The translations under genes and the position numbers were made by a program. A stretch of DNA of 64,000 bases from Candidatus Parcubacteria bacterium (GTDB lineage: Bacteria > Patescibacteriota > Minisyncoccia > Phycocordibacterales > PALSA-1337), in assembly GCA_039799225.1 (NCBI GenBank), contig JBDLTF010000002.1, forward strand, positions 36,552 to 100,551, written 5' to 3'. Below are positions 9,316 through 18,332 of this stretch, piece by piece (the stretch's first letter is position 1; each line of letters begins with the position of its first letter). Under the pieces are notes generated by a model, which did not search any database, was not told where the DNA came from, and was given only the letters and a program-made list of their open reading frames with translations.

Positions 9316-10545
9316 ATGAATACAAAATCAAAGAAGCCTGTCGAATCAAAGCATATCTCGTATGAACACCTCGACAAGATCGGAGAGATCGCCGTGTATT
9401 ATGGCTTCTCCCCGATGAAGAGCCCTGCCATCACCAAGGCAGACCTCGACGCCGCAAAAGGAATCTTGGATGGAGACTCTATAGATGATGAGACTGAGAA
9501 GCACGGCAAGCTCCCTCTCCACGTCGAAGAGAAGATTGCCGCTATCCGCATGTATCAAGAGGACGATCTCCAGTCACTCCAACAGCCAGTCATGGTCTAT
9601 TTCAAGGACCCCTGCCGTGGAGCCATCAAGAAAGGTGGATATCATCGCTATGCTGACCTCGAAATCATGGGAACCTCAGGCGCCATCGCTGAAGCAACGC
9701 TCATCCAGACGGGACGCATCATGCTCCTCGAAGAAGGTCACGAGAATACCTCAGTCGAAATCAATTCGCTCGGCGACAAAGACTCCATCGCACGCTTCAC
9801 TCGCGAACTCACTTCGTACTACCGCAAACATATCAATGAGATGACTCCTGAGTGCCGCCAAATCATGAAGCGTGATGTCTTTGAATTGCTCGCCTCACAC
9901 GCTCCAGGTGCAGATGAGATCAACGAGAAGGCTCCACGCTCTATGGACTTCCTCTCGGAAATTAGTCGCCGCCATCTTGAAGAGGTTCTCGAATATCTCG
10001 AGACACTCGGCATCCCATACACCATCAATCCACGCCTCATTGGCAATCGCTCATACTGTACCGAGACCACCTTCATTATTGTCGATGCCGCCATCCCTGA
10101 TAAGAAGTCGAAGCAACAGCGCATCCTCGCTATCGGTGTTCGCTACAATGGTCTCGCCAAGCGTTGCGGCATGAAGCGCGACATCCAAGGTGTCGGTATG
10201 TCACTCCTCGTTGAGAGCACCAACCCTTCGCTCCGCAAGCCAGTCAAGAAAATGAAGAAGCCAGTCGCTTCATTCGTCCAGCTCGGTATCGAGTCCAAGC
10301 TCATGTCTCTCGATATCATCGAGCGTCTCCGCCAGGTCAAGATTCCTCTCTATCTTTCACTCGCCAAGGATCGTCTTGGTGCACAGGTCTCATCTATCGA
10401 GCGCTATCACACTCCATACACCATCGTCATCGGCAAGAAAGAAGCTGTCGAACGCACTGCCATCGTGAGGAAGACGGATACACATGCGCAGGAAATCGTA
10501 GCTCTCGCAGACCTACCAAAGCACATGAAGAAACTCGATAAATAA
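9316..10545 (+). CDS. degenerate histidyl-tRNA synthetase-like protein
   Basis: HisRS layout (EINSLGD, INPRLIGNRSYCTETTF, GVRYNGL, GVGMSL, C-terminal anticodon-binding domain) but class II motif 2 is eroded. Confidence 0.75.
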   Translation: MNTKSKKPVESKHISYEHLDKIGEIAVYYGFSPMKSPAITKADLDAAKGILDGDSIDDETEKHGKLPLHVEEKIAAIRMYQEDDLQSLQQPVMVYFKDPCRGAIKKGGYHRYADLEIMGTSGAIAEATLIQTGRIMLLEEGHENTSVEINSLGDKDSIARFTRELTSYYRKHINEMTPECRQIMKRDVFELLASHAPGADEINEKAPRSMDFLSEISRRHLEEVLEYLETLGIPYTINPRLIGNRSYCTETTFIIVDAAIPDKKSKQQRILAIGVRYNGLAKRCGMKRDIQGVGMSLLVESTNPSLRKPVKKMKKPVASFVQLGIESKLMSLDIIERLRQVKIPLYLSLAKDRLGAQVSSIERYHTPYTIVIGKKEAVERTAIVRKTDTHAQEIVALADLPKHMKKLDK

Positions 10546-10557
10546 TTCCCTATCATC

Positions 10558-11019
10558 ATGCTTCATCAAACTATTAAGAACGACATAACGATTGCTCTCC
10601 GCGCCAAGGACACTATTCGTCTCGAAGTGCTTCGCGGATTGAGCGCACTCATCACCAATGAGATGCTCGCTTCGAAAGGAGGAGAAGAATTTTTGTCTGA
10701 CGAGAAAGTTCTCGCACTTGTGAAGAGGAGTGCAAAACAGCGCAAAGATTCTATCGAGCAGTTCGAGAAAGGTGGTCGCGTCGATCTCGCTGACAAAGAG
10801 AAAGCTGAGCTCGTCATCTTGAATTCATTCCTCCCAACTCTCATGGCACGCGAGGAGGTTAAGATTATCGCGTCACAGAGAATTGAAGCTCTCAAGTCTG
10901 CTGGTACATTTGACCCCAAGGCGGGCGGAAAGATCATGGGTATGCTCATAAAAGAGCTTGCTGGTAAGGCTGACGGTGCTGATGTGAAGGCGGTAGTCGA
11001 TGAGTTGCTCAAAGCATAG
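10558..11019 (+). CDS. GatB/YqeY domain protein
   Basis: KQRKDSIEQFEKGGRVDLADKEKAEL, GKIMG, GKADG. Confidence 0.9.
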   Translation: MLHQTIKNDITIALRAKDTIRLEVLRGLSALITNEMLASKGGEEFLSDEKVLALVKRSAKQRKDSIEQFEKGGRVDLADKEKAELVILNSFLPTLMAREEVKIIASQRIEALKSAGTFDPKAGGKIMGMLIKELAGKADGADVKAVVDELLKA

Positions 11020-11048
11020 GTCCTCAAAAACTGATTCAAATAATCCCT

Positions 11049-11075
11049 AAAATGGCCCCGTTGAGGGGCTATTTT
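11049..11075. terminator. intrinsic terminator after yqeY-like gene
   Basis: AAAATGGCCCC-GTTGA-GGGGCTATTTT. Confidence 0.7.
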
Positions 11076-11089
11076 GTACTATGGATAAC

Positions 11090-11118
11090 TTGACTTTTAT
11101 ATTGAGAAGTGCTATAAT
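11090..11118 (+). promoter_or_regulatory. sigma70 promoter of ORFan pair 11170/11529
   Basis: TTGACT-N17-TATAAT with TG extension. Confidence 0.8.
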
Positions 11119-11169
11119 TGTTACAGATAAATAAGTACAACCACAACCAAGCAACCGAGAAAGGTTTCT

Positions 11170-11466
11170 ATGCAACCGAAAACAAAGTTGGTTCCTCTCA
11201 TTGGTTTCACACTTCCGCCACCAGGTCCTGCACTTAACCGCGTAAATCTGATGGTATTCGAAGGTGAACTCGTCCGGCACCCTGGCGGGACATTCAGCTG
11301 TCGCATTCCGGTCGACTCACCCGAAGAAGAAATCGTTGCGACTACTGTTCTCATCGGCCCGAAGGTGATGAATCCCGGTCCGGCTCGGAGCTTGCCGCTT
11401 CGTCTTGCGCTTCATAAGCGTCATGATGGCAGCGACACTGATCTGCGGCGCTACATCCGCCGCTAA
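11170..11466 (+). CDS. hypothetical protein (ORFan cassette)
   Basis: GAAAGG SD-like sequence, 98-aa ORF, followed by GC hairpin 11472-11509. Confidence 0.55.
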   Translation: MQPKTKLVPLIGFTLPPPGPALNRVNLMVFEGELVRHPGGTFSCRIPVDSPEEEIVATTVLIGPKVMNPGPARSLPLRLALHKRHDGSDTDLRRYIRR

Positions 11467-11528
11467 CCCACAGCGCCCGCCGGAATTCATTCCAGCGGGC
11501 GCTCATTTTGTACGAGAAAGGAATAATA

Positions 11529-12041
11529 ATGAGCATATTACTCAGAGACGATACCGGATACCGGAAGGTCGTCGGTTCGCCGAATGAGACTACTGATGGT
11601 AAGCCTGGGTCGTATCATGAAACCGAGTGTTTCAAGTTCATCTACGATCCGAGCTGTCAGGGTTTGTATTGTCAGTCATATCCATTGGACTGGCGTGTGC
11701 AGATCATGATCGCTGAAGACAGTGCATTGTTCCGTCAGATGAACGAACATTCCCAGAAGAAGCTTCTGACCAAAAAAGCGATGCGGCCGAGTGGGCAAAG
11801 TCAGCTCCAGATCGAGATGACTCTCCGTCGCAAAAAACGGCGACAGGGAAATAACTTCAAACACTGGGGTGGGGACGAACCTGATTGGGATACTATCCGC
11901 ATCAACAGAATACTCGAATGGAGAACTCTAAATCCTTCGAGCAAAGTCCTTACTGATCGCAAGATCAATCAAACCATGCGCTACCGGATCGATGAAGATC
12001 CTGACTTCTACGCAGAGGTCGCTCGGGGTGAATGGGACTAA
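11529..12041 (+). CDS. hypothetical protein (ORFan cassette)
   Basis: GAAAGGA SD-like sequence before ATG 11529; terminator AAAGCCGAAAC-TTTTC-GTTTCGGCTTTTTT follows. Confidence 0.6.
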   Translation: MSILLRDDTGYRKVVGSPNETTDGKPGSYHETECFKFIYDPSCQGLYCQSYPLDWRVQIMIAEDSALFRQMNEHSQKKLLTKKAMRPSGQSQLQIEMTLRRKKRRQGNNFKHWGGDEPDWDTIRINRILEWRTLNPSSKVLTDRKINQTMRYRIDEDPDFYAEVARGEWD

Positions 12042-12100
12042 CAAAGCCGAAACTTTTCGTTTCGGCTTTTTTTATACACGAATCAATTTGTTGATGACAC

Positions 12101-13792
12101 CTACGCCTTCGCAAACGGTTCCAATTCAACAACAAATGTTGATCCCTTCCCTTCTCCTGCAGATTCCGCATGAATAGTTCCGTGATGAGCAACGACAATC
12201 TCCTTAGCCACGAAGAGGCCGAGACCTGTCCCTCTGATGTTAGTCTTGTTGGCATTGCCAGCGCGACTCCACTTGGCGAAGAGGTGTGGAAGTGTCTCTG
12301 CTGCGACACCGATACCTGTATCCTGGATCTTGAAGACGAACTTGTGCTTGAGGCGATCAAGGCCGAGTGTGACCGATACTGAACCCTTAGGAGTGTACTT
12401 AAGCGAGTTATCTATGAGGTTGGCGATGACCTGCTTGAGCTTGTCGCGATCAGCTGTTGTGCGGTAGTCAGTGCCCGAATTTTCGGCCTCGAATGTGAAT
12501 TTTACGTTCACAGATTTGTCGATGTTTGGCTTGAGTTCTCCGATGACATCTTCGACGAGCGTCTTCAAGTCGATGGTCTCGAAAGCATACTTCATACTAC
12601 CGAGCTCGATGCGTGTGACATTCAAGTAGTCGTCGACGATGGCCGCGAGCGTATTGGTCGATTCGAAGATACGGCTAACTGCATCCTTGGCCTGTGGAGC
12701 GATTGCCCCCATGTCACCTTCGAGGATGAGCGATGCATATCCCTTCATAGCGGTGAGTGGTGAGCGAAGTTGGTGAGTAGCGAATGAGACGAATTCTGAC
12801 TTCTGACGATCAAGCTCGGTGAGGCGGATGTTGGCTTTTTTGAGGTCATCAGCAAGTTTCTGAATCTTCTCGCGCTGATACACTTCACGCTTCACACCAC
12901 GCACCAACGACCAACCTATAATGATGAAGGTGATGACGGTGAGGATAACCACGACACGAACATTCTCGATTTGTCTCAAGAAAAGAAGAGACAATAGGAG
13001 CACAATCTGTGCGGAGACAATCGCCTGCGTACCGATGATCTTTATATTGAATGTCCTGAATTTCACGATTGCATACGTCATGAACCCAAGAAGGATAGGC
13101 ATACCGAAGAGACCATACTGACCTATTGTCCAATCTTCAGATATCGTACCGACGATATTGCCCCATGAGAACATGAACAAGAAGAGCAGCATGCCGAGAG
13201 ATATGAGCACGAGTGGCCTCTTCCTGCCCTTTCCAACATTCTTGTACTGTCTTATGGCGAAAATGGTCGTCCAAATAGCAACGATTATTTCCACGAAATA
13301 TCCATAATACACAAGTAATCCTTCAACGACTTCACGGTCGCAATTTGTATAATTGAAACCAAGAATACCGAATTTTGTCGCAGAAAGAGCAATCGTAGGA
13401 ACGAGTATTCCCAACATGACATGCTTCGTTTTGACAGACACATCCATGCCCGTGACATATACCATCAAGAAATACAGTCCAAGAATATACAATACTGGTT
13501 CGAGCAGGATAGTAATCGTCCAGAAGAACATGATATGCGACGGATTTGGATCAGCCCACAACACCACATCAGAGAACACCCATAGACTAAAGGTAGTTGT
13601 AATAGCGAAGAACAAGCGAGCCATGAATGAGCTGCGGTTACTCAGATATACGAACAACCCGAGACCGAATGCGGCCAACAGCGAAAAGAAATGTGAATAG
13701 TACACAAGCGACGCAAACACATTCTCAGAAAAAACCAAAAAATATGATGGCTCCCAGGCGCAACCCAAAACATCTTGTGCTATTTGCATCAT
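12101..13792 (-). CDS. sensor histidine kinase with multi-TM (HisKA_7TM-like) input domain
   Basis: ATHQLRSPL H-box, NLIDNSLKYT N-box, DTGIG, GTGLGL, GKGSTF; several N-terminal TM helices. Confidence 0.93.
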   Translation of the reverse strand: MMQIAQDVLGCAWEPSYFLVFSENVFASLVYYSHFFSLLAAFGLGLFVYLSNRSSFMARLFFAITTTFSLWVFSDVVLWADPNPSHIMFFWTITILLEPVLYILGLYFLMVYVTGMDVSVKTKHVMLGILVPTIALSATKFGILGFNYTNCDREVVEGLLVYYGYFVEIIVAIWTTIFAIRQYKNVGKGRKRPLVLISLGMLLFLFMFSWGNIVGTISEDWTIGQYGLFGMPILLGFMTYAIVKFRTFNIKIIGTQAIVSAQIVLLLSLLFLRQIENVRVVVILTVITFIIIGWSLVRGVKREVYQREKIQKLADDLKKANIRLTELDRQKSEFVSFATHQLRSPLTAMKGYASLILEGDMGAIAPQAKDAVSRIFESTNTLAAIVDDYLNVTRIELGSMKYAFETIDLKTLVEDVIGELKPNIDKSVNVKFTFEAENSGTDYRTTADRDKLKQVIANLIDNSLKYTPKGSVSVTLGLDRLKHKFVFKIQDTGIGVAAETLPHLFAKWSRAGNANKTNIRGTGLGLFVAKEIVVAHHGTIHAESAGEGKGSTFVVELEPFAKA

Positions 13793-13968
13793 ATGCCTTT
13801 TTCGATTACCTCATGAAACTGATCTGATACAGATTCGGATATACTCTCCTCAGAATCATATACTTCAAAATCTGAGAACACGATATATCGGATGAAAGCG
13901 GCGAGCACTGACAAGACAAGCAGTATCACTAGCGTAGAGAAAAAACCAAGTCTTGTCTTTATTTCCAT
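13789..13968 (-). CDS. 59-aa single-TM protein with acidic tail (not in ORF track)
   Basis: MEIKTRLGFFSTLVILLVLSVLAAFIRYIVFSDFEVYDSEESISESVSDQFHEVIEKGI*; its stop overlaps the kinase start (ATGA). Confidence 0.7.
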   Translation of the reverse strand: MEIKTRLGFFSTLVILLVLSVLAAFIRYIVFSDFEVYDSEESISESVSDQFHEVIEKGI

Positions 13969-13976
13969 ATGTTCAA

Positions 13977-14480
13977 TTATACAATACTATGGTGTTGTCG
14001 ATAAACCTTCTGGAAGTAGCGTGGTACAAAAGGTAAGTATTTCTCGAATTTCTCTTTCGTGAGAAATTGTACAGATCTCACGATTCCTTTCTTACCCTTT
14101 TGCGAGAAGTCGTGCATCCACCACAAAGGCTGATCTTCCGTAATGGCGTAGTCAATACACACCTCATCTCCCTCCTTAATATCTCGAAGTGCGCACACGG
14201 TAACCTCACCTCGGATGCCGCATGTTGGTTTCGAAGAATGGTTCAAATACCTGCCATACCCCCTCGGATCAATCCATGTATTCTTGGCGATTCCGATCCA
14301 ATGCTCTCCATAGAGCGCACCTTTCTCATCTTTGACTTCCCAAGTTATTCGCTTACCTTTTATGATGAAGGCTGTCTCTCCTTTTTTCAGATCCTTCTTA
14401 GCAAGAATACCCAGACCATGAATCTTGCTCTTTCCCACATGCACTTTTTTGCTATATGGTATCTTTGTTTCCAATTCCAT
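13977..14480 (-). CDS. SET-domain protein-lysine methyltransferase family protein
   Basis: SKIHGLGILAKKDLKKGE, RYLNHS.KP, ALRDIKEGDEVCIDY. Confidence 0.88.
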   Translation of the reverse strand: MELETKIPYSKKVHVGKSKIHGLGILAKKDLKKGETAFIIKGKRITWEVKDEKGALYGEHWIGIAKNTWIDPRGYGRYLNHSSKPTCGIRGEVTVCALRDIKEGDEVCIDYAITEDQPLWWMHDFSQKGKKGIVRSVQFLTKEKFEKYLPFVPRYFQKVYRQHHSIV

Positions 14481-14489
14481 AAATGTAAC

Positions 14490-14813
14490 TTATGAAAAAC
14501 GTGCCAAAAGCAGTATAGAAGCGACGCCTGCTACAATGCCGATAATTTCGTAGATGCTCAAAGTCTCCTTGAAGAAGAAAACTCCTACGATAGTGAGGGC
14601 AATAACCGTGGTTGTGGCATAGATAATACCCAACGACCCAAGCTTTATGTATTTCATGACAAAAAACCACCCAATCGCTGTCGATGAATAGATGAGTGCA
14701 CCAAGAACGAACCATTTCCAATCGATATACTTATCACCGCTTCCTCCAAGCTTCAAAAAGTAATCTCCAAGAACGCCGATGAGGCTCAATATGACGATCA
14801 TTAAAACTGGCAT
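14490..14813 (-). CDS. SMR/DMT-family small 4-TM transporter
   Basis: 107 aa, four TM helices, GDYFLK and FFKETLS...IIGI patterns. Confidence 0.8.
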   Translation of the reverse strand: MPVLMIVILSLIGVLGDYFLKLGGSGDKYIDWKWFVLGALIYSSTAIGWFFVMKYIKLGSLGIIYATTTVIALTIVGVFFFKETLSIYEIIGIVAGVASILLLARFS

Positions 14814-14957
14814 CTATTCATTATAGCATCTTATTTTCGTGGGTAGGATTTGGGGATATCCACTAAATCAGTTCGTGTACCCCAAACCTCAAACCACCAC
14901 TCCCGTAAATCATTGTCAAATAAGGCTTTTTCTGATAGAGTGGCTTTCTTAACGCCT

Positions 14958-16490
14958 ATGTCTACAAAAGATCAGAACAACCTGATTGTCCGCCCTCCTG
15001 TGGTCGTTGTCATGGGTCACATTGACCATGGCAAATCAACCCTTCTCGACTACGTCAGGAAGAGCAACATTGTCGCAGGCGAGGCTGGAGGCATCACTCA
15101 GCACATGGGTTCATACCAGGTCGACCATACCACCGCAGATGGTAAGAAAGTCTCTATGACCTTCCTCGATACTCCTGGTCACGAAGCTTTCTCTGGTATC
15201 CGCGAGCGCGGTGCACAGGTCGCTGATATCGCCATCCTCGCAGTCTCTGCAGAAGACGGCGTCAAACCTCAGACCATCGAAGCATACAAAGTCATCCAGG
15301 CTTCCAAGCTTCCCTACGTCGTCGCTATCACCAAGACCGACAAGCCCAATGCAAACATCGAGCGCACCAAGCAGAGCCTTGGCGAGAATGAGATTTACGT
15401 CGAAGGTTGGGGTGGTGTCATCCCATGCGTCGAGATTTCCGCACTGACCGGCAAAGGTGTGCCTGAGCTCCTCGATATGGTCATGCTCATGGCTGATCTT
15501 GCCGAGCTCAAAGCTGATCTCTCACTTCCTGCTACCGGAGGTGTCATCGAATCCACACTCGATACCAGGAAAGGTATCTCCGCTACCCTCCTCCTCAAGA
15601 ATGGTTCACTCTCCATCGGTTCATTCGTGGTCGCTGGAAATGCATATACCCCTGTGCGCTTCATCGAGAACTTCAAGGGTGAGAAGATAGAGATTGCTAC
15701 AGCATCTATGCCGATACGCATTCTCGGATGGAGCACTATGCCAGCCTGTGGAAATGATTTCGTAACAGTCACAACCAAGAAAGAGGCTGAGAAGATGGCC
15801 GATGCATATCATCTCGCTACCAAGAAAGCTCCTGTACGCACCGTCGCCGCACCAGTCGTCGAAGGAGAAGTTGCGGCCGTCATCATTCCTGTCATCATCA
15901 AGGCCGACGTCATCGGCAGTCTCGACGGTGTGAAGCACGAGCTCGCGAAGGTAGATCATGACAAGGTTCATCTCAAAATTGTTTCAGAGGGTATTGGAGA
16001 CATCAACGAAAACGATGTGAAAGTCGCTATCGGAGATCCAAGCATCTTCCTCCTCGGATTCAACGCCGCTCCAGAGAAGAAGGCTGAGGCTATGATTGAA
16101 CGCTCTGCAGTACCTCTCCAGGTCAAAAATTTCAACATCATCTATGAGCTCACTCAGTATGTGAAGGAACAGCTCGCGTTGAAGATTCCCAAGGAATATA
16201 TCGAGGAGATGACTGGTCGTGCAAAGTTGCTCGCTGTTTTCTCCAAAGAGAAGGATAAGCAGGTTGTCGGTGGAAAAGTTGAAACCGGCTCTATCGAGAG
16301 TGGTAACGACGTACGCATCATGCGCCGCGAGACTGAGATTGGTCGTGGTAAGATCCGCGAGCTCCAGCAGCAGAAGAAGCGTGTCGATGAGGTCGCATCT
16401 GGATATGAGTTCGGTATGATGCTCGATGCCAAGATTGAGGTCGCCCCAGGAGACCGTATCGAGTCTGTCAGGACTGTCGAGAAGAAATAA
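14958..16490 (+). CDS. infB: translation initiation factor IF-2 (short form)
   Basis: RPPVVVVMGHIDHGKSTLLD, GGITQH, FLDTPGHEAF, IKADVIGS, IIYEL. Confidence 0.96.
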   Translation: MSTKDQNNLIVRPPVVVVMGHIDHGKSTLLDYVRKSNIVAGEAGGITQHMGSYQVDHTTADGKKVSMTFLDTPGHEAFSGIRERGAQVADIAILAVSAEDGVKPQTIEAYKVIQASKLPYVVAITKTDKPNANIERTKQSLGENEIYVEGWGGVIPCVEISALTGKGVPELLDMVMLMADLAELKADLSLPATGGVIESTLDTRKGISATLLLKNGSLSIGSFVVAGNAYTPVRFIENFKGEKIEIATASMPIRILGWSTMPACGNDFVTVTTKKEAEKMADAYHLATKKAPVRTVAAPVVEGEVAAVIIPVIIKADVIGSLDGVKHELAKVDHDKVHLKIVSEGIGDINENDVKVAIGDPSIFLLGFNAAPEKKAEAMIERSAVPLQVKNFNIIYELTQYVKEQLALKIPKEYIEEMTGRAKLLAVFSKEKDKQVVGGKVETGSIESGNDVRIMRRETEIGRGKIRELQQQKKRVDEVASGYEFGMMLDAKIEVAPGDRIESVRTVEKK

Positions 16491-16491
16491 T

Positions 16492-16815
16492 ATGGATAAC
16501 AAAGACAACAAACTCAAAGAGATATTGCGCGAGCTCGCCGCCGAGTTTTTCTCACGTGAATCAAATCGCCAGTCACTCATCACCATCACTGATGTCGACG
16601 TATTCGCTCGTGGATCACGCGCACGCATCCTTATGACCGTGTTACCAGTGCACAAAGAGGAGGCTGCTCTCGAATTTGCTCACCGCCAGCTCACTGACTT
16701 CAAACACTATGTTATGGAGAAGTCTCGCATCGGTCATGTACCCTTCTTCGAGATCGCTCTCGATGTTGGCGAGAAGAATCGCCAGAAAATGGACGAAATC
16801 TCCAAAACGCTATAG
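16492..16815 (+). CDS. rbfA: ribosome-binding factor A
   Basis: directly after infB; LITITDVDV...ARILMTV...VPFFEIALD KH-like pattern. Confidence 0.8.
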   Translation: MDNKDNKLKEILRELAAEFFSRESNRQSLITITDVDVFARGSRARILMTVLPVHKEEAALEFAHRQLTDFKHYVMEKSRIGHVPFFEIALDVGEKNRQKMDEISKTL

Positions 16816-16828
16816 AATGGCGAAACAG

Positions 16829-16903
16829 GGCCACGTAGAAAAGTGGTAATTCGGCTCTCTGCAAAAGAGCTATACGCGAGTTCGATTCTCGCCGTGGCCT
16901 CCA
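16829..16903 (+). tRNA. tRNA-Cys(GCA)
   Basis: GGCCACG/CGTGGCC acceptor stem, GCTCT-CTGCAAA-AGAGC anticodon arm, GTTCGATTC T-loop, encoded CCA. Confidence 0.93.
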
Positions 16904-16943
16904 ACTTTTCATTTTGCTCGCTAGATTGTACACTTGAAACACC

Positions 16944-17032
16944 GCCGGGGTGGCGAAATTGGTTATACGCGCAAGACTTAAAATCTTGTTTTCGTTTATT
17001 CGAAAGTGTGAGTTCGAGTCTCACCCCCGGCA
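16944..17032 (+). tRNA. tRNA-Leu(TAA)
   Basis: GCCGGGG/CCCCGGC acceptor stem, CAAGA-CTTAAAA-TCTTG anticodon arm, long variable arm, GTTCGAGTC; CCA not encoded. Confidence 0.93.
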
Positions 17033-17073
17033 CAATTGACCCTATAGATCTGTGGTAAAATAGAGCCTCTACC

Positions 17074-17652
17074 ATGGAGTCCTTCATAACCCACGTCGCC
17101 ACGCTTTCTCCCCTCCTTATGTATGGCGGCATATTCATCGGCTTCATGCTCGAGGCCAACACGGTGCTCTTCAGCACTATGTTCCTCGCCGAACAGCATG
17201 CGCTCAACCTCTGGATTCTTCTACCTGTGGCACTTATCGGTTCTATGGCCGGTAACATCCTCTTCTACGGCATCGGCTATGCTGCGGCGTACAAATCAAA
17301 TCGTTATACCCGCATCACCGATATTATTTCCAAACCATTCGACCACCACCTCCATGAGCGTCCGTGGCGCACTATCTTCCTGACCAAGTTTGTCTATGGA
17401 CTCAACTGCGCCATTATCGTACGTGCCGGACAGATTCGCATGACCTTCGGAAAGTTCCTATTCATAGACAGCGTTTGCACACTCATCTGGCTCGTCATCG
17501 TTGGTTCTCTTGGATATGGATCCGGTTCGTTCGTCAGCATCACCGCGCAGGAATTGAAACATGCAGAGATTGGGCTCCTTGTAGCACTCATTATCTTCTT
17601 TGGTATCAAACACTTCATCTCAACCTACATCAAGAAGGAGCTCAAAGACTAA
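17074..17652 (+). CDS. DedA/VTT family membrane protein
   Basis: GSMAGNILFYGIG, IFLTKFVYGL, AGQIRMTFGKFLFID. Confidence 0.85.
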   Translation: MESFITHVATLSPLLMYGGIFIGFMLEANTVLFSTMFLAEQHALNLWILLPVALIGSMAGNILFYGIGYAAAYKSNRYTRITDIISKPFDHHLHERPWRTIFLTKFVYGLNCAIIVRAGQIRMTFGKFLFIDSVCTLIWLVIVGSLGYGSGSFVSITAQELKHAEIGLLVALIIFFGIKHFISTYIKKELKD

Positions 17653-18264
17653 TTATTTTATCCTTTTCAAAAAGCTTCTTCGATGCGTGGCTAATAGGCC
17701 ATTTTTTCGTATCGCCAGATAGTGACTCTTCGTCCCATATCCTTTGTGTCGTTCAAATCCATATTCTGAATACTTTTTTGCAAGTGTATTCATTTTCCTA
17801 TCTCGCAACACCTTCGCACAGATAGAAGCTAGCGCAATCGTCATCTCTTTCTCATCGCCCTTTATAATCGTTTTCTGATTCTCATATGTAAGAGGTGCTT
17901 TCAAACCACCATCAAGAAGCACTTTTATCCGTTCAGGCTTGATCTTATTTCGTCCAACTACAGTGCCCAAAGAAATGAAGAGTGCTGTTCGTATGGCATA
18001 TGACAATCCTTTTCCGTCAATTATTTTCTCGCTCTGGAATGTCACTTGAAAATCAATTAGACCCTTCTTTTTTGATTCTTGAATATGTGCAAACCATTCT
18101 TCCCTCTTTGATTCGCTTAATTGTTTGGATTCTTTGACTCCTTTGAACAGTTTCTTCGCCTTCTCATCAAGAAATACAAAAGCTCCCACGGCGACTGGCC
18201 CTGCAATGGGTCCGCGACCAACTTCGTCGATGCCGATGGTGAATTGTGCGGCTTTTTTTGCCAT
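17653..18264 (-). CDS. rnhB: ribonuclease HII
   Basis: GIDEVGRGPIAGPV, ESKQLS, LLDG, IIKGD, ASICAKVLRD, HKGYGT, HRRSF. Confidence 0.95.
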   Translation of the reverse strand: MAKKAAQFTIGIDEVGRGPIAGPVAVGAFVFLDEKAKKLFKGVKESKQLSESKREEWFAHIQESKKKGLIDFQVTFQSEKIIDGKGLSYAIRTALFISLGTVVGRNKIKPERIKVLLDGGLKAPLTYENQKTIIKGDEKEMTIALASICAKVLRDRKMNTLAKKYSEYGFERHKGYGTKSHYLAIRKNGLLATHRRSFLKRIK

Positions 18265-18332
18265 AGATAGCATAAGCATACTACAGATGCGTCAAACTTC
18301 TCATTCATGATATTTCCCTGTAAACTAACCCC

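Noticed and set aside
16829-17032. tRNA genes as integration sites for an island
   Set aside because: No duplicated tRNA 3' end and no integrase found next to any of the three tRNAs.
16712-17258. ORFs of 67-174 aa overlapping the tRNA-Cys/tRNA-Leu region
   Set aside because: They overlap well-formed tRNAs and the DedA gene; spurious. Likewise 25406..25777 over tRNA-Gly.
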